The notes under the pieces: generated by a model | What the model was told of the DNA's origin: nothing | The model's input: the letters and a program-made list of their open reading frames with translations, nothing else | Databases searched by the model: none | In this document: positions 61,876 to 64,000 of the stretch, one piece after another | Layout of the letters: each line of letters starts with the position of its first letter | Numbering within the stretch: position 1 is the first letter of the stretch | Translations under genes and position numbers: made by a program | Assembly: GCA_964187785.1 (NCBI GenBank) | Contig: OZ076409.1 | Span: forward strand, 8,744,001 to 8,808,000 | Direction: 5' to 3' | Length of the DNA: 64,000 bases | Source of the DNA: Amphiscolops sp. MND2022 | Lineage: Eukaryota

Positions 61876-62017
61876 AATGGCCGAAGTTTGAAACCGTCAG
61901 CGCAACGCTTACGAACGAACCAATTTAGATGAAAATTTTCCCCTGGCCAGGGGAAAATTTTCATCTAAATTGGTTCGTTCGTAAGCGTTGCGCTGGCGGT
62001 TTCAAACTTCGGCCATT
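61876..62017. repeat. Spacerless 142-bp palindrome
   Basis: 71-bp arms, centre CCTGG|CCAGG at 61946/61947, one mismatch seen. Confidence 0.95.
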
Positions 62018-62021
62018 CAAT

Positions 62022-62911
62022 ACCTTTCAATACTCATCTCTTTTCGGCAATTTTTGTTGCTATTAGAGAATTGTTTGGGGAGCGAAGTGGAAAAGGTTTA
62101 AAATAATGGAACACTTCTAGAAAAAACAAGACAAGAAGTGACCGAATTCACAAATTTGTTTTTGGATTTGAACTGGAGCCAAGAAATTACTGTGTTTCTC
62201 ACCAAGTTTCATTGCACCCATTTACTTTATCATTTATGAATTTCCTGAAGAAAAATCCCTTCAGAGATTCATAAGCTTCTCTTCTTGATTTTCATTCCTT
62301 CGATTTGAGAGAAAAAACCAAAGTTTCATTTTCCTTCGAAAACTCCACTTTAATTAGTTACAAATTATGGCAAATGACTGAATTGATTTGGTACACCTTG
62401 TTTTGTATTGTGATACGCCGCAAATACACCACTTTAGATGATTTTTTCCGCCATATTTCATACACCGGTGTATGAAATATGGCGGAAAAAATCATCTAAA
62501 GTGGTGTATTTGCGGCGTATCACAATACAAAACAAGGTGTACCAAATCAATTCAGTCATTTGCCATAATTTGTAACTAATTAAAGTGGAGTTTTCGAAGG
62601 AAAATGAAACTTTGGTTTTTTCTCTCAAATCGAAGGAATGAAAATCAAGAAGAGAAGCTTATGAATCTCTGAAGGGATTTTTCTTAAGGAAATTCATAAA
62701 TGATAAAGTAAATGGGTGCAATGAAAATTGGTGAGAAACACAGCAATTTCTTGGCTCCAGTTCAAATCCAAAAACAAATTTGTGAATTCGGTCATTTCTT
62801 GTCTTGTTTTTTCTAGAAATGTTCCATTATTTTAAACCTTTTCCACTTCGCTCCCCAAACAATTCTTTAATAGCAACAAAAATTGCCGAAAAGAGATGAG
62901 TATTGAAAGGT
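62022..62911. repeat. Spacerless 890-bp palindrome
   Basis: 445-bp arms, centre TACACC|GGTGTA at 62466/62467, about 6 mismatches seen. Confidence 0.95.
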
Positions 62912-63241
62912 CCATTTATTATTAACCAGATAATCAAGCGATTCCACCTGTTTTGAAAACGCAATCAGAGAAACGTTAATAGTCTCTGGTTTCACACTAG
63001 ATGGTTACAAAAATGAAGGAGGCTCTGCTAGGAGTTCTTTTCTTCATTTTTCATCGCTTTGTCTTTAGCTACGGTGAGTTGCATAATTTTTAAACACGTA
63101 CAGGTAATAAATCGTGGACTGTATTTCTAAATTTTTCTTTATTTTCAGAGCCAATCAACATTAAACGTTTTGAAACCAAACGCCTGAACAGTTTACTTTC
63201 GCAATTTGCAAAGCAGCCCAAGAACTTGCCATCCCAATGCT

Positions 63242-63644
63242 AAACAAGCCGGGACCGGCCCAAGTAGGCGCCATACCTAGGTTTAAAAAAGGACTCCAAA
63301 GTGTCAAAGTATTCTCTTCTACAGCACTCGAAAAACCCAAAAGTTGGACCAAATTGGACCAAATCAAAAAAATTGAAGGACGGACCCCTTGAGGAAACGT
63401 TTTTTTTTTCGAAAAAGTCCGACAATGCCAAAAAAACTGAGGGGGACCGGTCTCGGTATTGTATATTACGCGGAAAAAAAGAAAAACCTTTTTGGTTCAG
63501 TTTCCTGGGCCAACAGGTACAATTAAAAATTTGTACAACTTTTGGTAGAACTATTTTGGTCACTTTAGCTGTATCGAAAAAAAACACTGACGAAAAGCTA
63601 TGACTATAGTCGACTCTTTTCTGAAGAAAAGCGCCGAGCAAAAA
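63242..63644 (-). mobile_element. HINE/DINE-1-like copy
   Basis: AAACAAGCCGGGACCGGCCCAAGTAGGCGCCATA ... ACTATAGTCGAC...GCGCCGAG. Confidence 0.68.
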
Positions 63645-64000
63645 GGCCCCTAAAAAGCGCAGAGTTTTAAATACGATCAATAGGATTTTAGAATCGAGTC
63701 TCCCTATAGGAAGAAGTCTTCATTGCCTAGTATACGATTTAATTAATTTGTACACCGGCATCATTCATGATGAATTCTATCGTAAAATTATGAAACTCCA
63801 TGTTCTTTTACTTACGTAATCACTTACAATAGTTGTTTTCCGTCAAATGAGAAAAAAACACAAATTGCTAAGTGTTGTCCAACTAGAAAATCCGAACAAA
63901 ATCGGTCATTTCTAGCTTTTCTATGAAGGAATTGTACCTTTCGGTGACAGTTGGATAAAAAGCTCGCGAATGGTAAGAGTTTTGCGTTTGTTTCCAGAGA

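Overview
AT-rich, transposon-dense genomic DNA of an invertebrate animal: spliceosomal GT-AG genes, LINE, Gypsy, hAT, MITEs and HINEs. An acoel-like origin is only my impression. Two host genes can be assembled by hand from phase-compatible exons. One is a 2-exon ADF/cofilin-family gene (24629-28921, +, 154 aa). The other is an 8-coding-exon gene (42186-60800, +, 332 aa) starting MGCAPSK with a stathmin-like segment. Most of the remainder is nested mobile DNA. The most notable object is an ~8.7 kb element (about 6734-15436) with no TIRs or LTRs, sitting between two pure (TAC)n tracts that appear to be the microsatellite tail of a LINE. After removing two TSD-flanked insertions and fixing two small indels, it encodes one ~1737-aa protein: KMT5A-like SET domain, 11x59-aa repeat, Cys/His fingers, tyrosine recombinase (R-K-H-R-H-Y) and a low-complexity tail. 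Both ends carry TGGCG motifs, some fused to TAC repeats. It reads as a microsatellite-targeting, Crypton-like YR transposon carrying a lysine methyltransferase. Also present: a near-intact Gypsy element with a WLDD RT motif and a 1861-bp tandem duplication of its 5' part, an older Gypsy also with WLDD, many HINE/DINE-1-like copies, and two adjacent spacerless palindromes (142 bp and 890 bp). All calls are by eye; no database searches were run.
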